From a virus (taxonomy: Duplodnaviria; Caudoviricetes), in the IMG/VR virus record IMGVR_UViG_3300020043_001584, positions 1 through 33,113 of that record: a stretch of DNA of 33,113 bases; one strand, written 5' to 3'. Shown here piece by piece: positions 1-8,442 of this stretch; the stretch's first letter is position 1; each line of letters starts with the position of its first letter. Both the position numbers and the translations under genes were made by a program. The notes under the pieces were generated by a model, which saw only the letters and a list, made by a program, of their open reading frames with translations, was not told where the DNA came from and did not search any database.

Positions 1-2
1 GT

Positions 3-458
3 GTTGTTTCGTTCGATAAAGAACTGGCAACCCTGACTATTACCGATACTGAAGACAGTACAGAGATCAAGCTGACAAGCCCTATGGCAGAAGCCAATCT
101 AAAGGGATGCCATCCAATCCAAAACCTTGGTGCGGTAGAAACTTATACCAGGCGGTATCTGTGGGTTTCAGCAATGGAAATCGTTGAGCATGATGCACTC
201 GATTCTTCTCCCCCAATGAAAGAAGATAAGGTCATCATTAGTCCCACTCAGGGAGCACAACAGGACATCCCAATCGAGGAATTAAGGTATCTTGAAGAAG
301 TGGCAATAGAATTGATTGCCATGTGTGAGCAAGGTGATCCAAGGGAAGCCTTGGTTAAGTTGGATGAAGAGAACCTAGATAACGAGCAAAAGATCGCCTT
401 GTGGACTCTTCTTCCCAGTAAAGTGCGTTCCGCATTAAAGAAAGCGAAGGAAATGTAA
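3..458 (+). CDS. erf: ERF-family ssDNA annealing protein (5' truncated by window)
   Basis: Frame open from base 3; ERF signature IQNLGAVETYTRRYLW...IVEHD; followed by HNH and SSB. Confidence 0.8.
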   Translation, partial: VVSFDKELATLTITDTEDSTEIKLTSPMAEANLKGCHPIQNLGAVETYTRRYLWVSAMEIVEHDALDSSPPMKEDKVIISPTQGAQQDIPIEELRYLEEVAIELIAMCEQGDPREALVKLDEENLDNEQKIALWTLLPSKVRSALKKAKEM

Positions 459-958
459 TGGAACTCTGCCAAAAGTTGTTACAGGAAACTTTCTCTTATG
501 AAGACGGAAATCTTATTTGGAAAAAACAAACTGGAAGACGAGTTCCTGTTGGGCAAATCGCTGGAAGAGATAATCATGGTTACAGAATGATAGGTTTAAT
601 GGGCAAAGGTTATCTATCTCATCGGCTTATTTTTATGTTTCATCATGGTTATTTTCCACCAGAAGTGGATCACATTGATGGGAACAAGTCCAACAATAAG
701 ATTGAAAACTTACGAGCTGCTACACATTCTGAAAATCTTAAGAATCAAAAATTAAGATATGACAATACTAGTGGTATTAAAAATGTTGGATGGGCAAAAC
801 GTGAGCAAAGATGGAGGGTGCGATTAACAGTAAACGGAAAAGATAAGCACATTGGATATTTTAAAGATCGTGATTTAGCAGATTTAGTTGCAATAGAAGC
901 GTGTGATCTGTATCACAAACAATTTTCTTCATATAAAGGAGTGTTACATGGACAATAA
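458..958 (+). CDS. HNH homing endonuclease with C-terminal AP2 domain
   Basis: HRLIF...VDHIDGNKSNNKIENLR HNH motif; NTSGIKNVGW...WRVRLTVNGK..HIGYF AP2-like domain; TAATG overlap with erf. Confidence 0.9.
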   Translation: MELCQKLLQETFSYEDGNLIWKKQTGRRVPVGQIAGRDNHGYRMIGLMGKGYLSHRLIFMFHHGYFPPEVDHIDGNKSNNKIENLRAATHSENLKNQKLRYDNTSGIKNVGWAKREQRWRVRLTVNGKDKHIGYFKDRDLADLVAIEACDLYHKQFSSYKGVLHGQ

Positions 959-1199
959 TCGACAAACTAGGGACAATTCTGGCGTTTTGTTTGCCAATGA
1001 TAAGAAAGAAACTGATAAGCATCCTCACTATAAGGGAAATATTACTGTTGATGGCAAAGACTATTGGCTATCTGCATGGGTCAAAGAGGGCAAGTCAGGC
1101 AAATTCATGGGTCTAGCAGTATCACCCAAAGAAGACTATCAGCCCAAACAAGCCCCTAAGAAGGCAAGTTTTGAAGATTCAGACGACCTGCCCTTTTAG
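948..1199 (+). CDS. phage single-stranded DNA-binding protein (small type)
   Basis: ATG 948 after AAGGAG; NSGVLF..K....HPHYKG.I.V.G..YWLSAW core and acidic DDLPF tail; lies next to ERF. Confidence 0.7.
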   Translation: MDNNRQTRDNSGVLFANDKKETDKHPHYKGNITVDGKDYWLSAWVKEGKSGKFMGLAVSPKEDYQPKQAPKKASFEDSDDLPF

Positions 1200-1208
1200 G
1201 AGAAACAA

Positions 1209-1418
1209 ATGAACTATTACCCTGAACCAACTCCAGAACATAGGGCAATTTTGGCTAGTGCACAAAGAATTGACCACAATCCAACTGTAGAAGAAAACCT
1301 TGACGAGAGGATTCGTTATCTTGAATCGGAATTAAAGCGAGTGAAAGAATCAAAAGAAAGTCTTGGCCCATTGTTGAAGATGCGGATTCGAGACATTCGA
1401 CAAGCAATGGATTATTAA
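1209..1418 (+). CDS. hypothetical protein (coiled coil)
   Basis: AGGAG SD upstream; 69 aa ORF in operon direction. Confidence 0.7.
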   Translation: MNYYPEPTPEHRAILASAQRIDHNPTVEENLDERIRYLESELKRVKESKESLGPLLKMRIRDIRQAMDY

Positions 1419-1432
1419 GTTAATATAAACCC

Positions 1433-1488
1433 GAGGGGAGAGCTGTGCAAAGGATTTTCCTAGCTTGCGGTCGAGCAGTTTTCCCCTC
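1433..1488 (+). ncRNA. candidate structured RNA in leader of 1507 gene
   Basis: 13-bp outer stem GAGGGGAGAGCUG/CAGUUUUCCCCUC with two G-U pairs, inner UGCAA/UUGCG and AGGA-UUU-UCCU hairpin. Confidence 0.5.
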
Positions 1489-1506
1489 ACCCAATAGGAG
1501 TCAATA

Positions 1507-1815
1507 ATGGATATTAAAAGTGCTTTCGATAGGATATTTCCTAACTTTCCACGAGTTAGGACTACAGACCCTCTCACTTCATTTGAAGCAGCAGAGTCAA
1601 TCAAGCCAGTAGTCAACAAACACTATGACATCATTCTGGAGTGTTTACAGACCTATGGTGCGCTTGGAAAGGATGGCATCTCATCACTGACCAAACTAGA
1701 GAACAATCAGGTTGCAAGGCGTTTAAACGAGATGCAAAAGATTGGTCTTATCCATCTAACTGGTAAGACAGTTAAGTCCAACTCAGGACGCAACGAAAGG
1801 GAGTGGTCAGCATGA
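1507..1815 (+). CDS. winged-helix/HTH DNA-binding protein
   Basis: AGGAG SD; R.TDP.TS..AA motif then helical NQVARRLNEMQKIGLI and wing SGRNEREW. Confidence 0.65.
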   Translation: MDIKSAFDRIFPNFPRVRTTDPLTSFEAAESIKPVVNKHYDIILECLQTYGALGKDGISSLTKLENNQVARRLNEMQKIGLIHLTGKTVKSNSGRNEREWSA

Positions 1816-1994
1816 TTGAACTACCACCGCATTCTAAGATTAGCTACCCCTCTATTCCGACTAAGGACTTTAAGTGGGAATCAGGATCAGATGTCCAGGC
1901 ACTATGGAAAAAGCATGGATGGACTCCTCCTTCAGAGAATATGCCTCCTCCTCCGCCAGAAAGGGAGATTCAACCTTTAAGGAGGGTGAGATGA
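1812..1994 (+). CDS. hypothetical protein
   Basis: ATGA overlap with upstream stop, GGGAG SD; Pro-rich C-terminus. Confidence 0.65.
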   Translation: MIELPPHSKISYPSIPTKDFKWESGSDVQALWKKHGWTPPSENMPPPPPEREIQPLRRVR

Positions 1995-2293
1995 CTGATT
2001 GGACTAAAGAGGAAGACGAAGCATTTAATGCTGTCGAGCAACAAAGCAACCTTGGTAAGCAAATCTTAAAAGCACAAGGTCAGCCTTATCATTTTGATAC
2101 CTATGTTTCACCCTCACAAAGAAACCATGTTCTTGAGGAAGTAGCTTTAGAGTTTGACAAGATGCCTTTTGGTGACACGGCACAGAGTTTTGCTGCTTTT
2201 GTCAGGGGGATGAAGTCCCGTCCACCCTGTCATGGAAACTGTTACCAAGGCAGAACCTGCCCTGAAAGGAACAAATGTCTAAAGAAGCATTGA
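1991..2293 (+). CDS. hypothetical protein with C-terminal Cys cluster
   Basis: ATGA overlap, GGAGG SD; MTDWTKEEDEAF start; CHGNCYQGRTCP tail. Confidence 0.65.
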   Translation: MTDWTKEEDEAFNAVEQQSNLGKQILKAQGQPYHFDTYVSPSQRNHVLEEVALEFDKMPFGDTAQSFAAFVRGMKSRPPCHGNCYQGRTCPERNKCLKKH

Positions 2294-2733
2294 AGCTGGC
2301 ATTGGAGGCGTTGGAAGATTTGGGAATGAAACACTATGAAAACACTGGCGAAGTTCTTTACAAAGAAACATTCACCGCCATTAAAGTTGCACTAGAAGCG
2401 GAGGATGGTTGGACACCTGAACGCATTGCAGGGATGGCCAGATTAAAAGAAGCTCAAGATAAAAAATTGGCACAGCAAGAGCCTGTGGCGTGGATATGGG
2501 AGAAAGAAGATGGTTACACATCTATTGAAACTCATAGCCTTAATCATGAGGATATGAAAAATGTTGGAGTTAAAAGCATGAAGCCTCTTTATGCCAAGCC
2601 TCAATTTATTGGTTTATCAGAGGATGAGATTCTTTCAATTTCCGCTGACTGTGCAGCTACTCATCAACACACGGACATCCACTTTGCCAGAGCTATTGAA
2701 GCCAAACTAAGGAGTAAAAATCATGAAATTTGA
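2275..2733 (+). CDS. phage mosaic hypothetical protein
   Basis: EALKLALEALE...QEPVAW...LSEDEI...FARAIEAKL segments typical of shuffled phage early proteins; AAGGA SD. Confidence 0.7.
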   Translation: MSKEALKLALEALEDLGMKHYENTGEVLYKETFTAIKVALEAEDGWTPERIAGMARLKEAQDKKLAQQEPVAWIWEKEDGYTSIETHSLNHEDMKNVGVKSMKPLYAKPQFIGLSEDEILSISADCAATHQHTDIHFARAIEAKLRSKNHEI

Positions 2734-2917
2734 AATGGAATTTGGTATTTTCAATGACAAGATAGTTATTGAAACCAGTGACTTTGACATAATAAAGATA
2801 TTCCAAGAGTTTGTTATGTTCCAAGAGGCTTATGGATGGGCGGTAAAGTACGAGGCTATTCCACCAGATGAAGATGAAGATGTAGATTTCTCTTTAGATT
2901 CTGAAGAACTACTGTAG
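2723..2917 (+). CDS. small acidic hypothetical protein
   Basis: AAGGAG SD; last + strand gene, converging with the late operon. Confidence 0.65.
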   Translation: MKFEMEFGIFNDKIVIETSDFDIIKIFQEFVMFQEAYGWAVKYEAIPPDEDEDVDFSLDSEELL

Positions 2918-2918
2918 G

Positions 2919-3062
2919 CTATTTTGCCAACAGGTAAAGACCGATATTTGAGCTTGCGTAACCTGCATAGACAATCGCCATGTGCGGGTTACCCTTCAAA
3001 AACTGCTCTACCGCTATGTAAGCGTAGATCAAGCCCGTCAAAGCAATTAGCCAAGCACTCAA
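2919..3062 (-). CDS. small two-TM membrane protein (47 aa, not in ORF track)
   Basis: TTG start overlapping the phosphoesterase stop; MSAWLIALTGLIYAYIAVEQFLKGNPHMAIVYAGYASSNIGLYLLAK. Confidence 0.6.
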   Translation of the reverse strand: MSAWLIALTGLIYAYIAVEQFLKGNPHMAIVYAGYASSNIGLYLLAK

Positions 3063-4045
3063 AATGCACCTACATCAATTACTTCGCCTCTGAACTGAAT
3101 TTGGTCTTCATCAAATTTATGGACGAGTTCAGGCCATAAAAGCTGACCATTGAAGAAGTTTAACACTGCAAAGCCCGATCTGTGGTTGCTTGGGTTTATC
3201 TCAGCATAAGTAAACTGAGGCCCGTCAGTCTCAGCCAATGTACCTGTATCTACCCCGTATCTACATCCATTGTAATCAGAGAATGGCGTTACCTTTAAAG
3301 AGTGCAGATGCCCCGTAACTACTGACACACCAGCATTGACTGTATTGTTATGAGTAGCATGAACACCACCTTTATATCGGTGCTTGATAATCACATCTTC
3401 GGTAGGCCATACTGCCCAACAGAATTCCCACTCGGTTATATGGTCTGTCAGTTTAAAACCCTGTACTTCTTTAAACTGTGGTGCGTGTTGCGCTAATCTA
3501 TTGCCAAACCGAATATCGTGATTACCCCATGTAAAGCATAACTTTACATTGTGCCTAGCTGCTTTAGCGGTTTCTTCAATCTCACCAAGCGCACCCTGAC
3601 AAGCCTTTAGTTCTTGAATGACAGAAGTCTGTGGTTGGTCAGTTACATCATGCCTCGATATAGACGCTCCATCAAACGCATCCCCGTTACATATCACTGC
3701 CTTAGGTTTGAACTCTTGGATAGCCCATAGAAGCCCTTTAAATGCTGTTGTTCGTTGACCAGGTATAAAGTGAGCATCTGAGAACACAATCACAGTGCCA
3801 TCTAGGATGCCAAGTTCTACTTGTTTTAAAGGAGAGAATGACTTGGGTCTGTTTTTGTCGTAATAAGCACCACGATGGTCACTTGCGCTAAGTGCCATGT
3901 TGTATTGTTTTTCAATCCACCTTCTGCGTAGATGAACCGCCCTATTGTGTATCCCAAGATGTTCAGCTATCTTTGTCGCAGATTGAAGTTTCCCCCATAA
4001 CTGGATGAACTCCATATCCGTACACGTTTCGTTATGTGCGCCCAT
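3059..4045 (-). CDS. calcineurin-like metallophosphoesterase with N-terminal HTH
   Basis: SDAH, NGDAFD, GNHD, H, GHLH motifs; N-terminal SATKIAEHLGIHNRAV HTH-like segment. Confidence 0.85.
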   Translation of the reverse strand: MGAHNETCTDMEFIQLWGKLQSATKIAEHLGIHNRAVHLRRRWIEKQYNMALSASDHRGAYYDKNRPKSFSPLKQVELGILDGTVIVFSDAHFIPGQRTTAFKGLLWAIQEFKPKAVICNGDAFDGASISRHDVTDQPQTSVIQELKACQGALGEIEETAKAARHNVKLCFTWGNHDIRFGNRLAQHAPQFKEVQGFKLTDHITEWEFCWAVWPTEDVIIKHRYKGGVHATHNNTVNAGVSVVTGHLHSLKVTPFSDYNGCRYGVDTGTLAETDGPQFTYAEINPSNHRSGFAVLNFFNGQLLWPELVHKFDEDQIQFRGEVIDVGAF

Positions 4046-4406
4046 TGGAATCCTTAGACAGTAACTTTTCTAAAAGGTTAATGACTCGATGCTCTTGCAT
4101 TTCCACTTCATCTTGAGATGATTTAGGGTCTTGTGCAACAGTCATTAAATCGTGCAGAAACACATGAAGCAACTCATGTAAAGCAGTCTGATCCAGAGAC
4201 TCAGGCGTGATCTTCTCAGCACCAAAATCACCTAATCTATAGGTAGCCAATCGAGCAGAAGTATTGAACTCCACAGAAGCCATTGCTGACTTTGCAGGTT
4301 TACTCCCCTTCTCTATTCTCCAATCACCCAAACTAAGCACTTGCTGCCACTTTCTGACACTTTGTGCAAAGAGTTTTGCGTCCTCTGGTGTAGGAATGTT
4401 AGTCAT
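4032..4406 (-). CDS. HEXXH zinc metallopeptidase-like protein
   Basis: TALHELLHVFLH motif with downstream EMQEH third-ligand candidate. Confidence 0.7.
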   Translation of the reverse strand: MTNIPTPEDAKLFAQSVRKWQQVLSLGDWRIEKGSKPAKSAMASVEFNTSARLATYRLGDFGAEKITPESLDQTALHELLHVFLHDLMTVAQDPKSSQDEVEMQEHRVINLLEKLLSKDSNGRT

Positions 4407-4441
4407 TTCAACACCTTATACAGTATTTATGACAATTTAAT

Positions 4442-4945
4442 TTAAGATAAGAACAAAGCCACTTCAGCTTTGCGTCTTTTGACAAGCCCTGCCACTTCCT
4501 TACCACCTGCTTTTGTCCACATCATAAAAGCCTCGGCAGCACCATCCCAATCACCCCTATTAACCTTCATGCGAATAGTTGACCTCTGGTAGTTGCCTAA
4601 CCCAGCGTTGTACGCAAAAGAGACAACAGCGTCGAATTTGCTTTGATGATTAGCAAGAGTAGGAGAAAGTCGAAGAACACCACGTTCAAAAGTATTGATG
4701 TCAACCTTGAACAAATCGACCAATTCATCTTTAGACCAGACACGATTGTCTTCCCCTTTTAGTTGGTAGTCAGACCTGATAAGCCCTGTGTAACCCTCTT
4801 TACGCACGTTTGGGAGGTTTAATTGGTCAGCATACATAGCGTGACCCCATCCGACAGTCCAAATAGCCGCAGAGCACCGATAAGGCTTGTTTCTGTAGCC
4901 TTCAAAGAAGTGCATCAGATGTTCGCCTTTTTCGCTGATTTTCAT
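4442..4945 (-). CDS. endolysin, T4-like lysozyme (GH24)
   Basis: FEG-x7-C-x5-T catalytic triad (FEGYRNKPYRCSAAIWTVGWGH), FDAVVSFAYNAG, GLVKRRKAE. Confidence 0.92.
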   Translation of the reverse strand: MKISEKGEHLMHFFEGYRNKPYRCSAAIWTVGWGHAMYADQLNLPNVRKEGYTGLIRSDYQLKGEDNRVWSKDELVDLFKVDINTFERGVLRLSPTLANHQSKFDAVVSFAYNAGLGNYQRSTIRMKVNRGDWDGAAEAFMMWTKAGGKEVAGLVKRRKAEVALFLS

Positions 4946-5445
4946 TTCTTAGCCCAACTTCTACTTCCGAACCAAAATCCTATAATTCCTCCCAACATGG
5001 CCATTTCATCAGAACTAAAAATAACGTCACTAATCCTAATCAAATCATCCATGTTGTTGACTAAACTAGGTCTGCTGTAAACGTAGTAAGCAATCCATGC
5101 GTTAATTGCACAGAGTTCAAAGATAAAGATGTAAGTCACGATAGGTCTTACAGTACCGACAAAGTTGACCACCCAAGTGCTTGCTCTTTCCATGATTTTC
5201 TCATCATGCTTTAGAGCAGCTTCTGTCATCTGGGCATCTGTTTGCATGGCAATTTGGTCTGTGCGAATCTCCTCCATGCGCTCTTGAGCCTTAAAGCCTT
5301 GAGCCATCATCTGTAGCTGTAACTCTACTTGGACACGAGCCAAAGCTAACTCATGCTTTTGGTCATCTTTGTTCTGAAAGAAGTCTAGGAGTTTTGGTAA
5401 ACCTGAGATTAACAAGCCACCAAGTGTTGAGAATAAAGATAGCAT
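4942..5445 (-). CDS. putative holin (3-TM type)
   Basis: N-terminal hydrophobic helix, coiled coil, VRPIVTY TM and IIGFWFGSR C-terminal TM; directly upstream of lysozyme. Confidence 0.7.
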   Translation of the reverse strand: MLSLFSTLGGLLISGLPKLLDFFQNKDDQKHELALARVQVELQLQMMAQGFKAQERMEEIRTDQIAMQTDAQMTEAALKHDEKIMERASTWVVNFVGTVRPIVTYIFIFELCAINAWIAYYVYSRPSLVNNMDDLIRISDVIFSSDEMAMLGGIIGFWFGSRSWAKK

Positions 5446-5594
5446 TACAGTCCAATCCTTCCAAGTAGGAGATTAACAATCTTGTTTGACAAATCGTCAG
5501 GCAAGAACTTTAAGAAGCCAAGAAACCACAATGCCACACACCCGTAAACGAATATCTTGAGGCACAGGTCAAAGGTCTTCTGGTACTCATTCAC
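5445..5594 (-). CDS. small membrane protein (49 aa, not in ORF track)
   Basis: GTGA and TAATG overlaps on both sides; MNEYQKTFDLCLKIFVYGCVALWFLGFLKFLPDDLSNKIVNLLLGRIGL. Confidence 0.65.
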   Translation of the reverse strand: MNEYQKTFDLCLKIFVYGCVALWFLGFLKFLPDDLSNKIVNLLLGRIGL

Positions 5595-6091
5595 CGACCA
5601 CACCTTTTAGTGGTCTCACAAAAATCCATAAGCTCGTATATACCGACAAACACCAAGAACAAAACAAAGAATGTGCCACCAATGATGATGGCTAACTCAT
5701 TCATCTCGTCTTCCTTCTCTTTAGCCTTCTTCTCTGCTCTCTCTAAAGCCCTAAGTTCTCTGGCATCATCTATGTCCATCTCAGCCTGACGAGCCTTAAT
5801 CTTGTTCCAGACATCAATCTTGCCAGTCTGCATGAACAACATCTTCAACTCTTCCTCAAACGCTCTAGCTTGCTCCAAAGCCATCTCAATCTGAAGAGCC
5901 TGACCCATGTTTGAGCCTTTGTTCTTCTTTGACTCAATCAATGCCTTGGTAGCAGCACCTTTGGCATCAAACATCTTGCCTATCATCGGGGCAAGAGAAC
6001 CTAAATCATTGGCTACCTTACTAGCCTTTTTCACCATCGAAATAGCGCTTTGAAGGCTATTTAGGGCTGAAATTGGGTCTAAAGGTATCAT
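5591..6091 (-). CDS. membrane-anchored coiled-coil protein in lysis region
   Basis: Helical N-terminus, coiled coil, single C-terminal TM (LAIIIGGTFFVLFLVFVGIY). Confidence 0.75.
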   Translation of the reverse strand: MIPLDPISALNSLQSAISMVKKASKVANDLGSLAPMIGKMFDAKGAATKALIESKKNKGSNMGQALQIEMALEQARAFEEELKMLFMQTGKIDVWNKIKARQAEMDIDDARELRALERAEKKAKEKEDEMNELAIIIGGTFFVLFLVFVGIYELMDFCETTKRCGR

Positions 6092-6585
6092 ACGACCCCC
6101 TCTGGCAAGTTGTAGTACTCTTTTTCGCCAGCTTTTCGTGCCGCTACAGCATCATCTAAATCTTTATAACACCCTAACCACTTGTTCTTTTTGTTTACTT
6201 TTACATAAACAGTCCACAAACTACGTTGTTTTACCCATGAAATTCCCATGTGACCACTTTTATTATGGCTTGGCAGGGATAAGTTTTGACAATTATCGCT
6301 TCTGCTTACATCACGCAGATTGCACAACCTATTGTCATTCCTAATCTTGTTTTTATGGTCAATGTCTTGTTGCGGAAAAGAACCATAAACATACAGCCAA
6401 ATCAATCTGTGAACACGATAGGATTTGCCATCAATTTTTGCCGTGTAGTATCCATGACCATTTGGTGCTTTTGCTTCTTGCCAAGGCTTAACGTTTCGTT
6501 TATTACCATAGCGCCAAAGTAGCATTCCACTTTCTGCATCATAGTAAAACAGTTCTTTTACTCTTTGTTGGTCTAACGGAATCAT
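6088..6585 (-). CDS. HNH homing endonuclease with AP2 domain
   Basis: Start ATG 6585 after GGGAG; VHRLIWLY...IDHKNKIRNDNRLCNLR; NKSGHMGISW...WLGCY AP2-like domain. Confidence 0.9.
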   Translation of the reverse strand: MIPLDQQRVKELFYYDAESGMLLWRYGNKRNVKPWQEAKAPNGHGYYTAKIDGKSYRVHRLIWLYVYGSFPQQDIDHKNKIRNDNRLCNLRDVSRSDNCQNLSLPSHNKSGHMGISWVKQRSLWTVYVKVNKKNKWLGCYKDLDDAVAARKAGEKEYYNLPEGVV

Positions 6586-6694
6586 TCTTTCTCTCCCACT
6601 TAATGCAAACAACCCTTCGGTTGTAAACATCACCAGTCCAAGTCCATTTAATACATCGGTACTCTATGGTTGCCGCCAAGAGAAAGGCGATCAC
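6539..6694 (-). CDS. small hypothetical protein (51 aa)
   Basis: GTGA overlap; MIAFLLAATIEYRCIKWTWTGDVYNRRVVCIKWERK..., paired C-I-K-W motifs. Confidence 0.5.
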   Translation of the reverse strand: MIAFLLAATIEYRCIKWTWTGDVYNRRVVCIKWERKNDSVRPTKSKRTVLL

Positions 6695-6783
6695 GGAAAT
6701 GCCCAAACAATAATATAACTACAAAAAATTACAAAGACAAGAATCAGGACTGCCACCGAAATAGCGAACAGTCCGTCTTTCAT
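6691..6783 (-). CDS. single-TM peptide (30 aa)
   Basis: TAATG overlap with upstream gene; MKDGLFAISVAVLILVFVIFCSYIIVWAFP. Confidence 0.5.
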   Translation of the reverse strand: MKDGLFAISVAVLILVFVIFCSYIIVWAFP

Positions 6784-8441
6784 TACCTTCTTTCAGAAAG
6801 GTTGTACTGTCCAACAGCACTTGGTGCGATTACCGATCCAAGTGGGGCAGATTGCTGAGAAAGCATACCGCCTACACGTTGCAGTAATTCTGGACGTTGA
6901 CGCAACAACATATCAATTGCCGCCTGTCCACTAGGGCTATAGGCGGGGGGAATAATACCAACCGCTGGAATAGCAACTTGAGGCTGAGATAACAATCCAA
7001 ATCCACCAACAGCAGAAGCCGCAATACGACCCTCTAAGGTTGATCTAGCAGTGTCGCCAAGAACTTGAACTGCCGCATCGGATATTTCCTGTCCTTTAGC
7101 ACGACCCTTGGCAAACGATGTTTTGCGTCTTGTTTGGTCTTGTTGTCGAACAGCAGTAGAGAACTGTTTTGGAGTAAACACACCATTATCAGCACCAGAG
7201 TTAGCCGCAGCTACATTGATAACAGACAAATCACTATAAGCACTATCAATCCTACGCAACTTAGATGTTTGTTTAGGATTCTGGAAGTAAAGTTCTTTCT
7301 TGATAGCACCAAGGACTTCAGTTAAAGCGTCTCCAACCTCACGCTCAGATGCAGTAGCACTATTGGCATAGTTACTTGCTTTCTTGCGTAAATCAGACTC
7401 AATACCTTTGTAGGTTTGACCATCAATCTTTTGACCTGCAAACTTACCAAATACTACATCATTCAATGTTTCTGTAATCTGCTGTCTTTGGTTTGAATCT
7501 AGGCTTTTAGCTTTAGACAAAGCACCAAGAATATTGCTTGTGGTTGCAAAGTCCAAGTCAAATGACATTTTGGATAAAACATCATCGTATTTCTTAGATA
7601 CTTCATCAGAAGCATAAGCAATTGCATCACGACCGACAACTTCAGCAGGCAACTTGTCATCAACCTTCTGTAGTGCTTTGTTAATTACGCCTTTGTTAAA
7701 ATCAAACAAGACTCGTTGTCTAGCATTTTCAATGCTTGAGCCAATTAAAGGCAAATTCTGAGCAAATTCCTCTAATGTCTTAAATTGTCCACCAAGGGTT
7801 TGACCCGTTGTTGGCGTGATACCAAGATCACGCATTGTTTGCTCCGCTTTGGAGACTAATGGGTTAAGAACACGACCCGCACCCGCAACTACCTTTTCAC
7901 CAATAGGGCCAGTAACTCCACCTAAAGCCACCTGTTCAGCCTTCTGCTCACCAAATGTGCCTTCACCAACAACAGGTTGCATAGCACCGCCAACAGCACC
8001 GCCAGCCACTGCTTGACCAACATTAGATAAACCTCTAGCTCTAGCTAATTGAGCTACACGAGCCGCAGGCACAAGACTTACGGGATTAAGAATATTGCCA
8101 CCCAAACGAGCTACATCAAAGCCAGATTCACCTGCTTTTTCACGCTGTGCTTGATAACTTTGCTCTTCAGCTTTAGCCATTTCATCTACACGTTTTGCTT
8201 CTCTGAAAAGCAGATCACTCAAAGCATTAGGCTTAGTTCCACCCAAACTAGCTACTGCACCTAAAGCACGAGGAATCATCTGTGCGCCTGCGGTGATAGG
8301 GTCTTTTAAACCCATCATAAAACCAGAGGAAGGTGCTTTTGCTTGAGGAGCATTGCCAGCAATAGCTTGTTCTATTTCAGCATCAGACATCCCATCTGGA
8401 AACTCAACTACATCTTTTCCTACTTGAACATAGATAGCCAT
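6783..8441 (-). CDS. internal virion / DNA ejection protein
   Basis: VEFPDGMSDAEIEQAI N-terminus, Gly/Ala-rich hydrophobic helices; third of three large genes after the tail fibre. Confidence 0.7.
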   Translation of the reverse strand: MAIYVQVGKDVVEFPDGMSDAEIEQAIAGNAPQAKAPSSGFMMGLKDPITAGAQMIPRALGAVASLGGTKPNALSDLLFREAKRVDEMAKAEEQSYQAQREKAGESGFDVARLGGNILNPVSLVPAARVAQLARARGLSNVGQAVAGGAVGGAMQPVVGEGTFGEQKAEQVALGGVTGPIGEKVVAGAGRVLNPLVSKAEQTMRDLGITPTTGQTLGGQFKTLEEFAQNLPLIGSSIENARQRVLFDFNKGVINKALQKVDDKLPAEVVGRDAIAYASDEVSKKYDDVLSKMSFDLDFATTSNILGALSKAKSLDSNQRQQITETLNDVVFGKFAGQKIDGQTYKGIESDLRKKASNYANSATASEREVGDALTEVLGAIKKELYFQNPKQTSKLRRIDSAYSDLSVINVAAANSGADNGVFTPKQFSTAVRQQDQTRRKTSFAKGRAKGQEISDAAVQVLGDTARSTLEGRIAASAVGGFGLLSQPQVAIPAVGIIPPAYSPSGQAAIDMLLRQRPELLQRVGGMLSQQSAPLGSVIAPSAVGQYNLSERR

Positions 8442-8442
8442 A

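Noticed and set aside
4407-4441. Promoter or SOS box upstream of the protease gene
   Set aside because: TTGTCA lacks a correctly spaced -10 and TACTGTATA is only a LexA half-site
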